A stretch of DNA of 64,000 nt. Origin: Eledone cirrhosa. Its lineage: Eukaryota. Numbering within the stretch: the stretch's first letter is position 1; every line of letters begins with the position of its first letter. A model generated the notes under the pieces. The model did not search any database and was not told the DNA's origin. It saw nothing but the letters and a program-made list of their open reading frames with translations. The position numbers were made by a program, and so were the translations under genes. Below are positions 27,015-41,576 of the stretch, piece after piece. The stretch spans positions 7,626,001-7,690,000 of the forward strand of contig OZ024757.1 in assembly GCA_964016885.1 (NCBI GenBank), given 5' to 3'.

Positions 27015-28225
27015 CAGGTCTAGGCTCCAGCAGCTCAAGATCCTCACGAGCTGACTGAGCATGATTGACGTCCACCCAGCCCTCTTCCTGTTGAGGAACT
27101 GCTTCACCATGCAGAAGCTCCTCTATATTCTTCGTAGCGATCCTTGCAACAGCCACACATCTGTACTTGCTGACCCCGACACTTGTATCCGAGCAGCAGC
27201 TAAGGAGATATGCAACGTCAACAGGCCATCTTACCTATTCGATACGGCGGCCTTGGCCTCCGGCCCCCGATCTCGCTGGCTTTGCCGGTGTTTCTTTCGT
27301 CGGTAACCTTATGCCGCATCCTCATCAAAAAGGTTCTCCTAAACACAATGGAACCCACTGAGATCGAGGAATGTGAGGCCGCCTGCGAGACGTGGAACCG
27401 GCTCGGACTCAGCCCAGTAGACGATTTTATGCTTTCCCCCTATCGAAGTCATGTCCCCCCAGAGTATTTGGGATGCCATCCAGTGCAACATGGCCTCGGA
27501 CAGGCTAGCGCGCCAGTTCGACCAGCACCGCCTCGCATTTTTTCGCTCGGCATTGCAATCTCACAGCACTTCCTGGCTCCATGCCTTACTCTCCCTTTCT
27601 ACTGGAACGCAGCTGGACAATGATAGCCTGCGCATCACGGTTTCACTGAGGCTTGGCCTCCATATGTGCAATCCACACAAATGTCGCTGCAGATCCACCG
27701 TAGACTCTTTTAGCCTCCACCTGCTGTCCTGTCACTACATTGCTGGCCGCCTTCCACACCATGCTGTTCTCAACGAGGTTATAAAGCATGGCTTGGATGC
27801 TGCAGGCTTTCCCTCCTAGCTTCAGCCGGTGGGGCTGGACAGAGGTGAAGGCAAAAGGCCAGACGGCATGACCATCTTCCAGTTACGTGGTGGTAAACCC
27901 CTAGCCTGGGATGCCACATGCAGCGACACATTCTCCAGCGGCAACCTGGTGCAGTCTGCAACTAACCCAGATTCTTCTGCACTTCGGGCTGAGGAGGGTC
28001 TACTCTCCAAATATCGATTGCTCTCCAACAGGTTTGCAGTCAAGCCCCTAGCAGTGGAAACCTCCGGTGTCTTTGGCCCTAGGGCTATCTCCTCAACTAC
28101 CACCATAGGCGCTGAGCTGGGGTGCCGCAGGTGTGAGCCTCACGAGAGGGAATGACTTTTCCAGCGCATCTCCTTTACCATCCTCCGGGGAAACGCCTTC
28201 TCCATTCTGTCCGCCGGAGCCATGG
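27015..28225 (+). mobile_element. CRE-clade (RLE) non-LTR retrotransposon, 5'-truncated remnant
   Basis: LPIRYGGLGLR, CRC..HLLSC, H..LN, KRPDG, LAWDATCSDT, KY, PLAVETSGVFG: C-terminal zinc knuckle plus PD-(D/E)xK endonuclease of CRE type. Confidence 0.8.
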
Positions 28226-28361
28226 GCGGCCAGCGCATGGGGTCCCATTTGCTCATGATAGTGAGAGTTGGGGAGGGCGAGAGAGATGGAGGCGATGACA
28301 GTGGGAGTTCAGACTTGGATCTACGTGCATATGTATGTTTACCATTATTATTATTATTATC

Positions 28362-28530
28362 GAGGGTCGGACGCCATGCTTTGCAGCAAAGAGTTACGGC
28401 CCTTTATGGTCTGAGTTCAAAGCTCTCCGAGGTTAACTTTGCCTTTCATCCTTACGGGGTCGATAAAATAAAGTACCAGCAATACACTGGGTAATTGCTG
28501 GCCTTGTGCCAAACGTAGAAACAATTATTA
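28362..28530 (+). mobile_element. 5'-truncated SINE
   Basis: Core and tail present, flanked by (ATT)n. Confidence 0.85.
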
Positions 28531-28990
28531 TTGATTTCTTTATTGGCCACAAGGGCTGACATCAAGAAATAAGTATGTCTCCAGGCCCTCACTGCCCTCT
28601 GCCAGCTAGGCACCAGTATCAGTGGAACATCCACCTCGGCGTTCCCTAGAGGACTAGTGGAGGGGAAGAGCGACGACGTTCTCGGAGAGATCCTGGGCGT
28701 CGAAAAAGATCAGCTGTTTGCTCTCTTCCGGAGAACTTTCAGCCCAGGGCCTATGGATAACTTCCAAAAATCCCTGGCCTAGCAGTGGTGGGTGAATGTA
28801 TTGAGAATGGTCCGAGTGAACGCTCTCAATATACGCCTGTAGTTTGAGAAATGGAAAAACTTGAGAGAGGGCGCTGGCCCTGGTGGTCAAGGTGGCCGTG
28901 GTCTTTTGTGTGGTTTTCGCCACGTGTAACCCTCGGAGGTTTCCCCCCTATTGGGGAATTTTTCATTGTTTCAATTTGATTTTTATTGTT
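28531..28990. mobile_element. Rearranged Tx1-like 3' fragments (inverted 3' tip followed by sense pieces)
   Basis: 28531-28570 is the reverse complement of the Tx1 3' end; 28575-28990 matches 62480-62690 and 63130-63295. Confidence 0.75.
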
Positions 28991-30419
28991 TACATATGTT
29001 TATATATATATATCTGTTAGAACACGAAAAGTGTGATACAACAGAATGTTCACTTTTCGTGTTCTTAACATATATGCCTAGCTTCTTAAAAAATTTTTCG
29101 GGGATAGCCGTGGTGGTGGTGATCGTATGTCATTGGCTAATTTTCAACCAATCAGAGTACCTCTCTCTATATCTCTTCCACTGTTACTTACGCCTGTTTC
29201 TCTCTATCTGTTCCGTCTCTATATATATCTCTTACTCTTTCGCTTTGCACTCCTCCCCTTCAATACCATCTCTCCCCCTCTCTATATATTTGTTACTCTA
29301 TCGCTGCACGCTCCTCTCCTTCAATATATCAATTACACACGCTTTACACTCCTTTATCCCCAGCGCCCCTATATATACACCCCACCTCTCCCGCATCTAT
29401 ATTTTAATGTACCGTTGCACCGTGAATATATGTGTCTATATATATATACATATATATTGTATATACACATTCATGTATGTGTATACACACTCATGTATGT
29501 ATATACACTGGTTTTATGTGTGTATTGTAAATTTGTACTGTTAAAACACGAAACTAACATTCGATTGACACTTTGATTACCTGTACAGGCAATAGTTATT
29601 AGAATGCTGTTGAAGTGTGTATATATTTTTGGGGGACATCCTGTATATACACACATTATATATAATACAATAAACAGATAAATACACACATATATATATG
29701 AGCTTATTTAATTATAAATATTGTGAATTTTTAACTCAGTTCAATTATATATATATAAATGGCTTCTACAGGACTAGAACTGTTTCATTCGAAAGAAATC
29801 ATCATAATATTGAGAGGGGGGACTAGATAAAATATTTCAAATCAAATGTGTATAAGTTATAAGTTAAAATGTATAAATAGAGACGATAGTGGAGGTATAT
29901 CTGTTTAGTGGAACAGTAGACGATAGAATTAAATACAGACGATAATCTCCCTTTAATGAAACAGCAGACGATAGAATTAAGGCAATTTAAATTTTAAGCA
30001 TTTGCATTTTTGCCTTTCATCGTTACGGGGTCGATAAAATAAAGTACCAGTAATACACTGTCACTAGACGACTTTCAAATTGAATTGTTGGTTCCATTTC
30101 TTTAGTATTTTCAATTGTAGTTATCTACTTAAAAAGCGTTACACGGTTAGAGACATAATTCGTAAGTTATATCTTCCCTATTAAACCATTGCATTATTTC
30201 GCCTACAATAGAACAAAAATGAAATGTTCTTTAAAGAAACAGGAATATAACTTTATAAAAAAAAAAGTTGCATCCGCTTCTTTTATCATTGATAATTTTT
30301 TCGTTTTAATATTAATCGTTTTTTGTAGTTGTTTATATTAAAAATCTTACTGTAATATTTACTTAAACGAAGGCAAACATCTAAACTTATAGATTAATCT
30401 TGAGCGAAGGACTAGATAA

Positions 30420-30497
<78 letters not shown>

Positions 30498-31611
30498 GAA
30501 GAATGATAAAAATTCAAGCAAAGAGTTTAATTAGGTATATTTTGTAATATTATTAACTAATTATTATAATTAACGCGCATATTTTGCTATCCTCAAACAC
30601 GTTTACACATGGCATGAAATATAACTAATCCGAGATGGCTAGGTTTCATCTTCTAACTGGATATACGAAATCCATTATGTCTTGACAACAACATGAGGTA
30701 ACATTATGTTATTCACAGACACACTTTGTACACTGTTCCATATCAGAATGTATTTCCTTCGTCACATTCACAAACAGTATTGAAAATATGTTCTTCGGCA
30801 AATAAAAATGTTTTGTTCATAATATTTCAACTAGCGATTGCTCTACTCCACGCACGACCACCATAAATTAATGACCAGCTCAACACAAGTATTGGTAGAG
30901 CGTCAGACACCATGCTTTGCAGTATCGTTATGGTCCTTTGCATTCTAAGTTCAAATCCTGCCGAGGTTAACTTCGACTTTCATACTTACTAATTCGATAA
31001 AATAAAGTACCAGTAATGGACTGCCGTAATGGATTTGTGCCGAAAAATAGAAACACTATTAATGTGCAATAAGAGCAAAATATAACGACATTGCTCAATT
31101 ATTTTATCTAATGTTGTAATAACACAAGGAAATGTTGTTTGTGTATTTTTTTTTATATTTGCTCATAGGCTTTTACAATTTCGCTCAGCCAACAACTATT
31201 AAAAAGTGAGTTGCTTAAGATAACAATTTAATCACAAATTGTTGCTATCTTTTAATACACTCCAACAAGTCATCAAATTATGTACAATAAAAACAAATCT
31301 TATTAATGTGCTCAGGGAATATAAAGAAAATGTATATACACTGATAATTGCAATTGTATGTAAATATTTTGTTTTTGTATTGTATATTTTATGTTTTCTA
31401 TTATGTATAATATATTGATTTAATATTGATTGTTTTTTGTAGTTGTTTATATTAAAAGTCTGAAAATATTTTTATACATCTTACACTAATATTTATAAGA
31501 TAATTTATAATAACAATTACATAATCTAATTACATTACAACGATAATTTATTATTAATATATATCCTGTTTAACTAGAGTTATTACAAGCGTTGCCTTAA
31601 AAAAATATTAA

Positions 31612-31936
31612 ACTAGACATGAAAAATGCGCAAGCTCAAAAGTGCCACAGAATGTTATAATAAACCTTCAAAAGTGTGGGACTAGAGTTGTTGCTAAAAA
31701 ATATTGTAATCATTATATATCGTACATTCTGTGGCATCCTTTATAAAAATAGCTTAAACCAAATAGCGTAAAAATAAAGGCTTCGTTGGTTTAAGCTATT
31801 TTTATAAAGGATGCCACAGAATGTACGATATATAATGATTACAATATTTTTTAGCAACAACTCTAGTCCCACACTTTTGAAGGTTTATTATAACATTCTG
31901 TGGCACTTTTGAGCTTGCGCATTTTTCATGTCTAGT
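31612..31936. repeat. Apparently perfect palindrome, 151-bp arms and 23-bp spacer
   Basis: 31612-31762 is the reverse complement of 31786-31936; spacer plus right arm repeated directly at 32651-32826. Confidence 0.95.
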
Positions 31937-32505
<569 letters not shown>

Positions 32506-32834
32506 TGAAAATTGACTGGCTCCAACTCAGGATCCGATACTCCATTATTTCCTAAATTTCAACTCCGCAGCTCTGTTATTATATTAATTAATTTATTTTA
32601 TAGTTGTAAATCATATTTTTATATGTTACACTCTAAGAATTAACTAAGTGAAATAGCGTAAAAATAAAGGCTTCGTTGGTTTAAGCTATTTTTATAAAGG
32701 ATGCCACAGAATGTACGATATATAATGATTACAATATTTTTTAGCAACAACTCTAGTCCCACACTTTTGAAGGTTTATTATAACATTCTGTGGCACTTTT
32801 GAGCTTGCGCATTTTTCATGTCTAGTATATATAT

Positions 32835-32985
32835 GTTTCTATGTCTTTTTTTCTTCTTTTCTTATATAAATAATAAAAATCTTTACACGCACAAAACCCA
32901 GATCGTACCGTCCTGTACCGTCCTATGCCGTCGTCTGTAATCTTTTTCTTGATGTCAGCCCTTGTGGCCAACAAAGAAATCATTA
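32835..32985 (+). mobile_element. Tx1-like 3' terminal fragment with (ATT)n tail
   Basis: gtaccgtcctgtacc...gcccttgtggccaacaaagaaatc(att)n, resembles 63340-63420. Confidence 0.75.
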
Positions 32986-33006
32986 TTATTATTATTATTA
33001 TTATTA

Positions 33007-33057
33007 CAGTTGCATTTATCTTGCTTTATGTTCATACGAGTTATCACCAAGTCACAA
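33007..33057 (-). mobile_element. 50-bp 3' tip of Dong-like family B
   Basis: Identical to 38179-38229, flanked by (ATT)n. Confidence 0.85.
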
Positions 33058-33077
33058 TTATTATTATTATTATTATT

Positions 33078-36000
33078 TTTTTTTTTTTGAGTCTCAGTCA
33101 TTGATGTTAGTTAACTGGAAAGTTTGTTGAAATGAATATCAAGCCACTACCTGCAGCCTCAGATATTCAGGACGTATCGGAGGGTTCTTGCTGTTCCCAG
33201 CAAGCATGCCTTTTGAAGCGTTCCAAAAAGCGTGAAGGGGCCAATTTTCTTTAACCATCCCTGGAAACTTTTGGAGATAGTCCCTAGTGCGCCTATGACA
33301 ATCGGGATCACTTTGACTTCATGGCAGTTCCAAATCCTTTTTACCTCCCACTTTAAGTCCTGGTATCGGTTAATTTTCTCCCTCTCCTTCTCTTGCACTC
33401 TCGTGTCGAATGGGCAGGCCACATCCACAATCAGACACGATCTTTTTTCTTTGTCCACAACCACCAGGTCAGGTCTATTGTGTTCCAGTTTCTTGTCCGT
33501 CTGTATCCTAAAATCCCACAGCACCTTCACCTGATCGTTTTCTATCACCGACTCTGGCTTATGCTCATACCACTTCCCAGAATGTGGTAAGTTGTTTACT
33601 TTGCACAGGTGCCAGTGGATCACCCTGCCCATCACATCATGTCTCCAGCCCTTATAGTGAGTCTGGGCTAGGTGTTTACATTCGGATACAATGTGAGCCA
33701 CAGTCTCCTCTCTCTCTCCACAGATCCTGCACAGTGGGCTAGCCTCCTCCTTGTAAATGTGGTGTTTCAACCACTTCGTTTTGAGGGCCTGCTCCTGCGC
33801 AGCCATTAACATTCCTTCTTTAGCCTTTTTAAGGTCTTCTCTTTTCAACCAGTTCCATGTCTGTGGATCTCTAAATTCAGTTTTCTCAAAGAAGGTACTA
33901 TGAAGGGATTTTTCCTGAAGACTTCTCTTTCTCCTTGATGTTATTTCCTCCTTGGACATCCCCTGGCCTATTGTCCTCTCCTTCAGTACATTTCTGAGCA
34001 TTGGCTCCTTACTATCAGTCACGTATTTGTGTAGGTTGTTTTTCTCCATCTGAACACAGTCCTCTATGCTGACAAGACCTCTTCCACCCTCAGATCTCCT
34101 TAAGTAGAGTCTATCGACATCACTCCTCTTGTGGAACATGTTGTAGATAGTCAATAGCTTCCTAGTCTTCCTATCCATTTCTTTTTGTTCAGCAACATTC
34201 CATCTCAGAATTCCCGCACTGTACCTAATAATAGACACAGCTCGGGTATTTACTGCACTTATGGCATTCCTACTGTTCAGATGTGACTTTAATACGCTCC
34301 TTACTCTCCGAAGGTATTCACTTCTTATCAATTCCTTCATTTTTTTTGTTCTTGATGTCATCAGCCTCCAGAACGCCCAAATACTTGTATCCTTCCTCAG
34401 AGTCAATTTCCTTTATCAACTCACCTGTTGGTATCTGGATTCCGTTACTTCTGCTCAACTTACTCCTCCTCATCACAATGACTCCACACTTACTAATACC
34501 AAATTGCATACATATGTCATTGCTGAAAATACGGACAGTGTCAACAAGCACATCCAACTCCTTCTCACTCTTCCCGAAGAGCTTAAGATCGTCCATGAAG
34601 AGGAGGTGATTGATGGTAAGCCCTCCCTTTTCCAACCTGTATCCTGCTCACACTTTTCGCAGTACACTGGTCAGGGGCATCAGGGCAAGGACAAACAACA
34701 GAGGGGAGAGACTATCTCCATGGAAGATACCTCTCTTGATCTTCACGCTTCCCAAGGATTCTCCAGTTGATGTTAACTCTGTTTCCCAGGACTTCATACT
34801 TTTGCCCAACAACTGTCTGATGTTATCTGCCACCTTGAAGATCTCCAGGCTTTTGGTGATCCAAGAATGAGGCACCATGTCAAATGCCTTTTTGTAGTCT
34901 ATCCATCCCATGGCAAGACCAGTGTGTCTTCTCTTGCAATTCCTCATTACCATCTTATCAATAAGTAACTGGTCCTTTGTACCACGTGACTTCTTTCGGC
35001 ATCCTTTCTGTTCGTCCGGTAACAAGTTGTTTGTGTGGAGGTGATGGTAGATTTCCTCAGACATAATGCTTGTCAACAGTTTCCACATTACGGACAGACA
35101 TGTGATAGATCTATAGTTGGTAACATCATTACCCTTGATTCGGTCTTTCATTATCAGAACTGTGGTACCTTTTGTCAACCACTCTGGTATCTCACCTGAC
35201 ATCAAGCAGTCATTGAACATGGTTATCAGTTTCGGGTGGAGGGATGTTATGTTTTTAATCCAATACCCCTGCACACCTTCTGGGCCAGGTGATGTCCAGT
35301 TGGTTAGTTTTTTGGCCTGCCCCTTAAGAGTTTCAACTGTGATACTCAAATCAGTTTGTTGGTGTGCCTGTTCACTGATCTCCTTCTGTACTGTCTCAAT
35401 CCACACTGCCTGGTCATTATGTTTAACATCCTGCTCCCATATTCCTCTCCAGAATGTTTTAGTTTGTTCCGCCTCAGGGATCAAGTCGTTGCCTCTTTCT
35501 TTCCCTTCAAGCTGTCCAAACAGCATCTTCTGGTTGTTGTCGAACATGCGGTTCTCTCTATACTGGCTGACTCTTTTCTCGTATCGCCTGATTTTTGTAC
35601 TCTTTGCTACAATGCGTTACTTCAGTTCTTCTATGATAATATTTAGCTTTTTCCTCCGAGTTTTTTACTTTATTTCCAGTCTATTTTTAGTATCTATGTT
35701 TTTTAGTGTCCCATTCAGTAGGGACTCAAGCTTTTCAATGTCATTTCTCATTTCCCTGATTTGACCACTCAGTCGTTTCTTCCACCAAGGCTCTGCTCTT
35801 TCTTGTCTGTTGTTTCCTCTCGCTTTTATACCAAGTAGTTTCCTCACCGTATATGCTGTTGCTTTGAGGATATTGTTGCACTGATGAAGGCTCCTCGCCT
35901 CAAGGTATGGGATGACTTTGTTTACCTTAGCTGTTGTTTCTTTTAACTTTTTCCTATCTACAAATCTTAGGTTCATAGGTCTCCCACTATCATTGTTCAA

Positions 36001-38158
36001 TTCATCTACCACTAAGTTTAGGATATCTACCAAATCTTGTCCTAGCCCGTCAGCATTCATCTCCTCAGTTGCCGTATCTCTGTTCCAGGTATTATTTATC
36101 TCAGCATTCAGATCATTGTCTGTTTCGGATGGTTCCTCCGTTCTCTCGACCTCCCCACCTTCATTTCCCACTGGCTCGCTTGCCTGGCATACTCCACCCT
36201 CCATCTCCAAGCTAATCTCTCTGCTCAGTTCTTCCAGTTCCAGCTCGCTTATCCACCCATTAGTTCTTATTACCCGAGCCTGCCCGGCCAGTTTTTGTTC
36301 ATCTAATTTAAATGGACCAATCTCGTTCCAGATGTTATGCATCCTTTTCCTATAGCCTTTCTCCTTGGGGTTACTCTTCAGGTAACATTGCATAACAGTT
36401 CTATTCAATTCTTTCGTCCAGTTGGTTCTGGTCTCTTTCCTTCTTCTTCTTCCTCCGACACCAGCAGTATTTGGTTGACAGCCAGGTCCCTGCTGCTGAG
36501 TCAGGGAGCACCTGTTGGGTGAGAGTCTGTCACATGACATTCTAGTCTCCATTTCACCGTTATTCGAACTGTTTAGGTTCGACATTTAAACACTCTTATC
36601 GAGGATTGGCGAATGTATGGTTACATAACCACCGGTGAATTACTTGTCTCCGGTGGTTTCGTCACTCCACGTGACTTTTGTGTGGCATTATCACGCTGTA
36701 GACGAACCCAAATAAACAAAGAAACAGGCAGAAAAAAACCCAAAAATGAATAAGCATAAGTTTCATTGTAATGTAGTGTTTGAATGTCTGACTTAGTTTT
36801 TCCCTTCCCTTCTCTGTCCGTCCGTTTGTTTTTCTCTTCATTTTTATTTCCTTTACGTTTTTCGTTGTTGCTGTGCTGCTTTGATTTTGATTTTTTTTTT
36901 TTGATTTTGACCAGGTCATCAATTCAGTCTATTTATATATTTTGATGCCTTCCTCTTTTAGTGAGAATTCTACAATGTAGCAGGAGCTATCGGGAGAGAA
37001 TAGCGGCGGTAGTGACAATGAGGCAGCGGTAGCGGCGATTGCGGTGCTGTGCCAGCAGCAACCAGCAGGAGGTAGTGGGAGAGAATAGCGGCGGTAGCGC
37101 TAATGAGGCAGCGGCGGTGGCGATGTGGTCGTATTATTGTAGCGATGGTGTTGAAGATGGAGTAGAAATTTGAGTCGACTTGACCAGGGTTTTCATCGTG
37201 GCAGTGGTGGTAGCACTGGTGGGAAAATTATCTTTAGTGAAATTATCATTAGTCGCGTATATGTGTTGACATAAATACCTTAATATTGGAATTAAACATT
37301 TTGTGAAAACTAAAACTTGATTTTGATTATTGTTTTTTTTTTTTTTGACCGGGTCATCAATTCAATCTATTTATATATTTTGGTGTTTTCCCCTTTTAGT
37401 GAGAATTCTACAATGTAGCAGGGGGTAGCGGGAGAGAATAGCGGCGGTAGTGATATTGAGGCAGCGGCGGCGGTGGTGGTGGCGGTGCTGTGCCAGCAGC
37501 AACTAGTAGAAGGTAGTGGGAGAGAGTAGCGGCGGTAGCGATAATGAGGCAGTGGTGGTGGTGATGATGTGGTCATATTACTGTAGTGATGGTGTTGAAG
37601 TTGGAGTAGAAATTTGAGTCGACTTGACCAGAGTTTTCATCGTGGTAGTGGTGGTGGTATTGGTGGTGAAATTATCTTTAGTGAAATTATCGTTAGTTGC
37701 GTATATGTGTTGACATAAATACCTTAATATTGGAATTAAACATTTTGTTAAAACTAAAACTTGAGGCAATAGAAATAGTAATTATTATTATTATGCTGAG
37801 ATTAGTGGTGGTGGTGGTAAAATTGCCGTTATCTGGCTGTTGTGTTTAGTGTACACAGAGGGGTAATGGGGTAGGTGGTGTATCTAGTTTCTGATGTTGG
37901 TGAAATTGCTGGTATTTGGCTGTTCTATATAGTGTAGACAGAGGGGGTTTTCTTCCATTTGTAACCATTTTCTCTTTTGAATATAAAATGTATAATACAA
38001 AATTGAATATTTGAGCGATATAACAATATATTGTGGATCCGAATTTTTTGGGACTCAAGCTGGATGTTTTATGCAACATTTGTACTAAGAATTGTTATTT
38101 CACAATTGATTTAAATATGTTAAAAAATCAAAACTTACGGGAGCGATTTCTCGACCTT
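33078..38158 (-). mobile_element. R4/Dong-like RLE retrotransposon family A, full-length, frameshifted (ORF 36585 to 33159)
   Basis: ORF pieces 35665-36585, 34648-35547, 34318-34635 and 33159-34406 are collinear with the intact 1130-aa ORF; (TAA)n on both sides; ~430-bp tandem duplication in the leader. Confidence 0.92.
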
Positions 38159-38178
38159 CTATTATTATTATTATTATT

Positions 38179-40119
38179 ACAGTTGCATTTATCTTGCTTT
38201 ATGTTCATACGAGTTATCACCAAGTCACAACCAGTGACCTCAAGAGACAACAAGCTCCGCCATGTTCAAGAAAGAACATACATACTCACACATGCATCTT
38301 TGGTGTTTAGACTTGTGATGTACTTATATTGACAGAATCTTCCTTAGTATATGGGCAGTTCCCATTAGTACTCTCTTTTGTATTTCTCCTATACGCGGGT
38401 TTCCTGGGATTTGCGATAAGTAATCATTAGACCCCTTAGGTATCATTCCCAGAGCGCCTACAACCACTGGTATTGTTTTAGTACTCAATTTCCACATTTT
38501 TCCAATTTCTATCTCCAGGTCCTTATACTTGCTAAATTTTTCAAATGTTTTTATAGATACATTCTTGTCTATTGGAACAGACATATCAATTAGCAGTCAT
38601 ACCCTCTTTTGAAAGTCCTTCAATATTATATCAGGTCTATTTGCATCTATTTTTCGGTCTGTTTGGATGCTAAAGTTCCACAAGATTGAGATGTGATCTT
38701 TTTCAAGTATGGGAGGTGGTTGATGCTCCCACCAATTCTTTTGATGGGGCAGGTCAAAATGCTTACACATTATCCAATGTATGTATTGTGCAGCTCTGTC
38801 ATGCCTGTTTAGGTATTCGGTTGGAGCTATAGGACTGCACATTGAAATTATATGGTCAATGCTCTCTGGTTGTTTTTTGCATACAGGGCATAATGGGCTG
38901 CACCCATTTTTTATTATGTTGGGTTGGTAATTTTTTGTTGGCAGACACTGATCTTGTGCTGATATAATCAGTCCTTCAGTCTCCGATTTCAGTCCAGAGG
39001 ATGCCAACCACTGATGGGTTAAAGTTTTGTCAACATCAGGATTGTTAGCTCGCTCTGGGTATTTTCCATATAGAGGCTTTTCTTGCCATTTCTTAGCCAG
39101 TTTCTGTAGCAGTTCTTTCTTTGCAGTTACTTTTACTTGTTTTGCTTTTTCTGTGTTTTCCATTTCAGCAGTAAATGGGACTTCTGAAATTTGTAGTCCA
39201 TTACTGTATCTTTGTGCATCTTTTGTAATGGAATATGATCTTTTGATGCTTTCGTGTTTCAAAACGAGTTTGATCATCCAATCATGTGATTCCCTTAGAT
39301 ATGTAGATAATCCAATTGTTGCAGTTTTCAACGCAATGTCTAACTGAATTAACCCACGTCCTCCTTCTTTCCTAGGGAGATATATTCTATCTATATCTGC
39401 CTTAGGGTGATGCATTCTGTGCATGGTTAAGAATTTTCGAATTTTTGTATCGAGCCTATGGATCTCTGTGCTTGACCAGTTGATGACATTGTAACTGTAG
39501 GTTTCTACTGGTATGGCAAGCGTGTTTATGGCATCGATCCTATTCCTTGCATTCAATTCCGTTCTTAAGATTGCTCTGACTCTGCGGTAACATTCCTTCC
39601 TTATCCTTTCCCACATTGTCGAGTGCTTGATTCCGTCTCCTTCACAAACACCTAGATATTTGTAAGTTTTTTCTTGATCAAGTTCTCTTATCACGTTCCC
39701 CCGATCAAGATTAATGTCTGAACTCTTCAGCAGCTTTCCTCTGCTGAACGTTGCTTTGGCGCATTTATCTAGTCCAAACTCCATTTTAATGTCATCACTG
39801 AACTGCTCCACAGTGGATAATAGACCTTGCAATTGTTCATCATTTATTGCAAATAGTTTCAGGTCATCCATGTAGAACAGGTGATTAATGGTTTTGTCAT
39901 AGACTTTATATCCATGTTTTGTTTCATTGAGCATTTTACTTAATGGTATATGTGCGATGCAGAATAAAAGCGGTGATAAAGAGTCACCCTGAACAATTCC
40001 ACAATTAATATTAACCTCTCCAGCTTCCAGTGATTTTGTTTCACTATTCAAAAGGAGTGTCGTTTTCCATGTTTTCATACTGAATGACAAAAACCTCCTG
40101 ACAACGGGGGATATTTTGA

Positions 40120-40120
<1 letters not shown>
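38179..40120 (-). mobile_element. Dong-like family B, 5'-truncated
   Basis: QGDSLSPLLF, FYMDDLK, YKYLG, RKEGGRGL, CPVC..H..C, RHD, RPD; (TAA)n flanks. Confidence 0.92.
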
Positions 40121-40164
<44 letters not shown>

Positions 40165-40170
40165 GTTGTT

Positions 40171-41531
40171 ATTCCTTGAATCTCAGTCATTGATGTTGGT
40201 TAACTGGAAAGTCCGTTGGAATGAATATCAAGCCACTACCTGCAGCCTCAGATATTCAGGACGTATCGGAGGGTTCTTGCTGTTCCCAGCAAGCATGCCT
40301 TTTGAAGCGTTCCAAAAAGCGTGAAGGGGCTGATTTTCTTTAACCATCCCTGGAAACTTTTGGAGATAGTCCCTAGTGCGCCTATGACAATCGGGATCAC
40401 TTTGACTTCATGGCAGTTCCAAATCCTTTTTACCTCCCACTTTAGGTCCTGGTATCGGTTAATTTTCTCCCTCTCCTTCTCTTGCACTCTCGTGTCGAAT
40501 GGGCAGGCCACATCCACAATCAGACACGATCTTTTTTCTTTGTCCACAACCACCAGGTCAGGTCTATTGTGTTCCAGTTTCTTGTCCGTCTGTATCCTAA
40601 AATCCCACAGCACCTTCACCTGATCGTTCTCCGTCACCGCCTCTGGCCTATGCTCATACCATTTCTCAGAATGTGGTAAATTGTTTACTTTGCACAGGTG
40701 CCAGTGGATCACCCTGCCCATCACATCATGTCTCCAGCCCTTATAGTGGGTCTGGGCTAGGTGTTTACACTCGGATACAATGTGAGCCACAGTCTCCTCT
40801 CTCTCTCCACAGATCCTGCAGAGTGTGCTAGCCTCCTCCTTGTAAACATGGTGCTTCAACCACTTCGTTTTGAGGGCCTGCTCCTGCGCAGCCATTAGCA
40901 TTCATTCTGTAGCCTTTTTGAGGTCTCCTCTTCTCAACCAGTTCCATGTCTGTGGATCTGTAAATTCAGTTTTCTCAAAGGAAGGTACTATGAAGGGATT
41001 TTCCCTGAAGGTTGCTTTTTCTCCTTGATGTTATTTCCTCCTTGGACATCCCCTGGCCTATTGTCCTCTCCTTCAGTACAGTTCTGAGCATTGGCTCCTT
41101 ACTATCAGTCACGTATTTGTATAGGTTGTTTTTCTCCATCTGAACACTGTCCTCTATGCTGATAAGACCTCTTCCACCCTCAGATCTCCTTAGGTAGAGT
41201 CTATCGACATCACTCCTCTTGTGGAACATGTTGTAGATAGTCAATAGCTTCCTAGTCTTCCTATCCATTTCTTTTTGTTCAGCAACATTCCATCTCAGAA
41301 TTCCCGCACTGTACCTAATAATAGACACAGCTCGGGAATTTACTGCGCTTATGGCATTTCTGCTGTTCAGATGTGACTTCAATACGCTCCTTATTCTCCG
41401 AATGTATTCAGTTCTTAACAATTCCTTCATTTTTTTGTTCTTTATGCCATCAGCCTCCAGAACTCCCAAATACTTGTATCCTTCCTCAGAGTCAATTTCC
41501 TTTATCATTTCACCTGTTGGTATCTGGATTC

Positions 41532-41533
<2 letters not shown>
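40171..41533 (-). mobile_element. Dong-like family A, 5'-truncated
   Basis: Matches the 3' 1.36 kb of A; truncated at gtatctggattcc. Confidence 0.92.

Positions 41534-41574
<41 letters not shown>

Positions 41575-41576
<2 letters not shown>

Noticed and set aside
29760-29812. Degenerate hammerhead-like core (also 23871-23915)
   Set aside because: Core is mutated or stems do not pair convincingly
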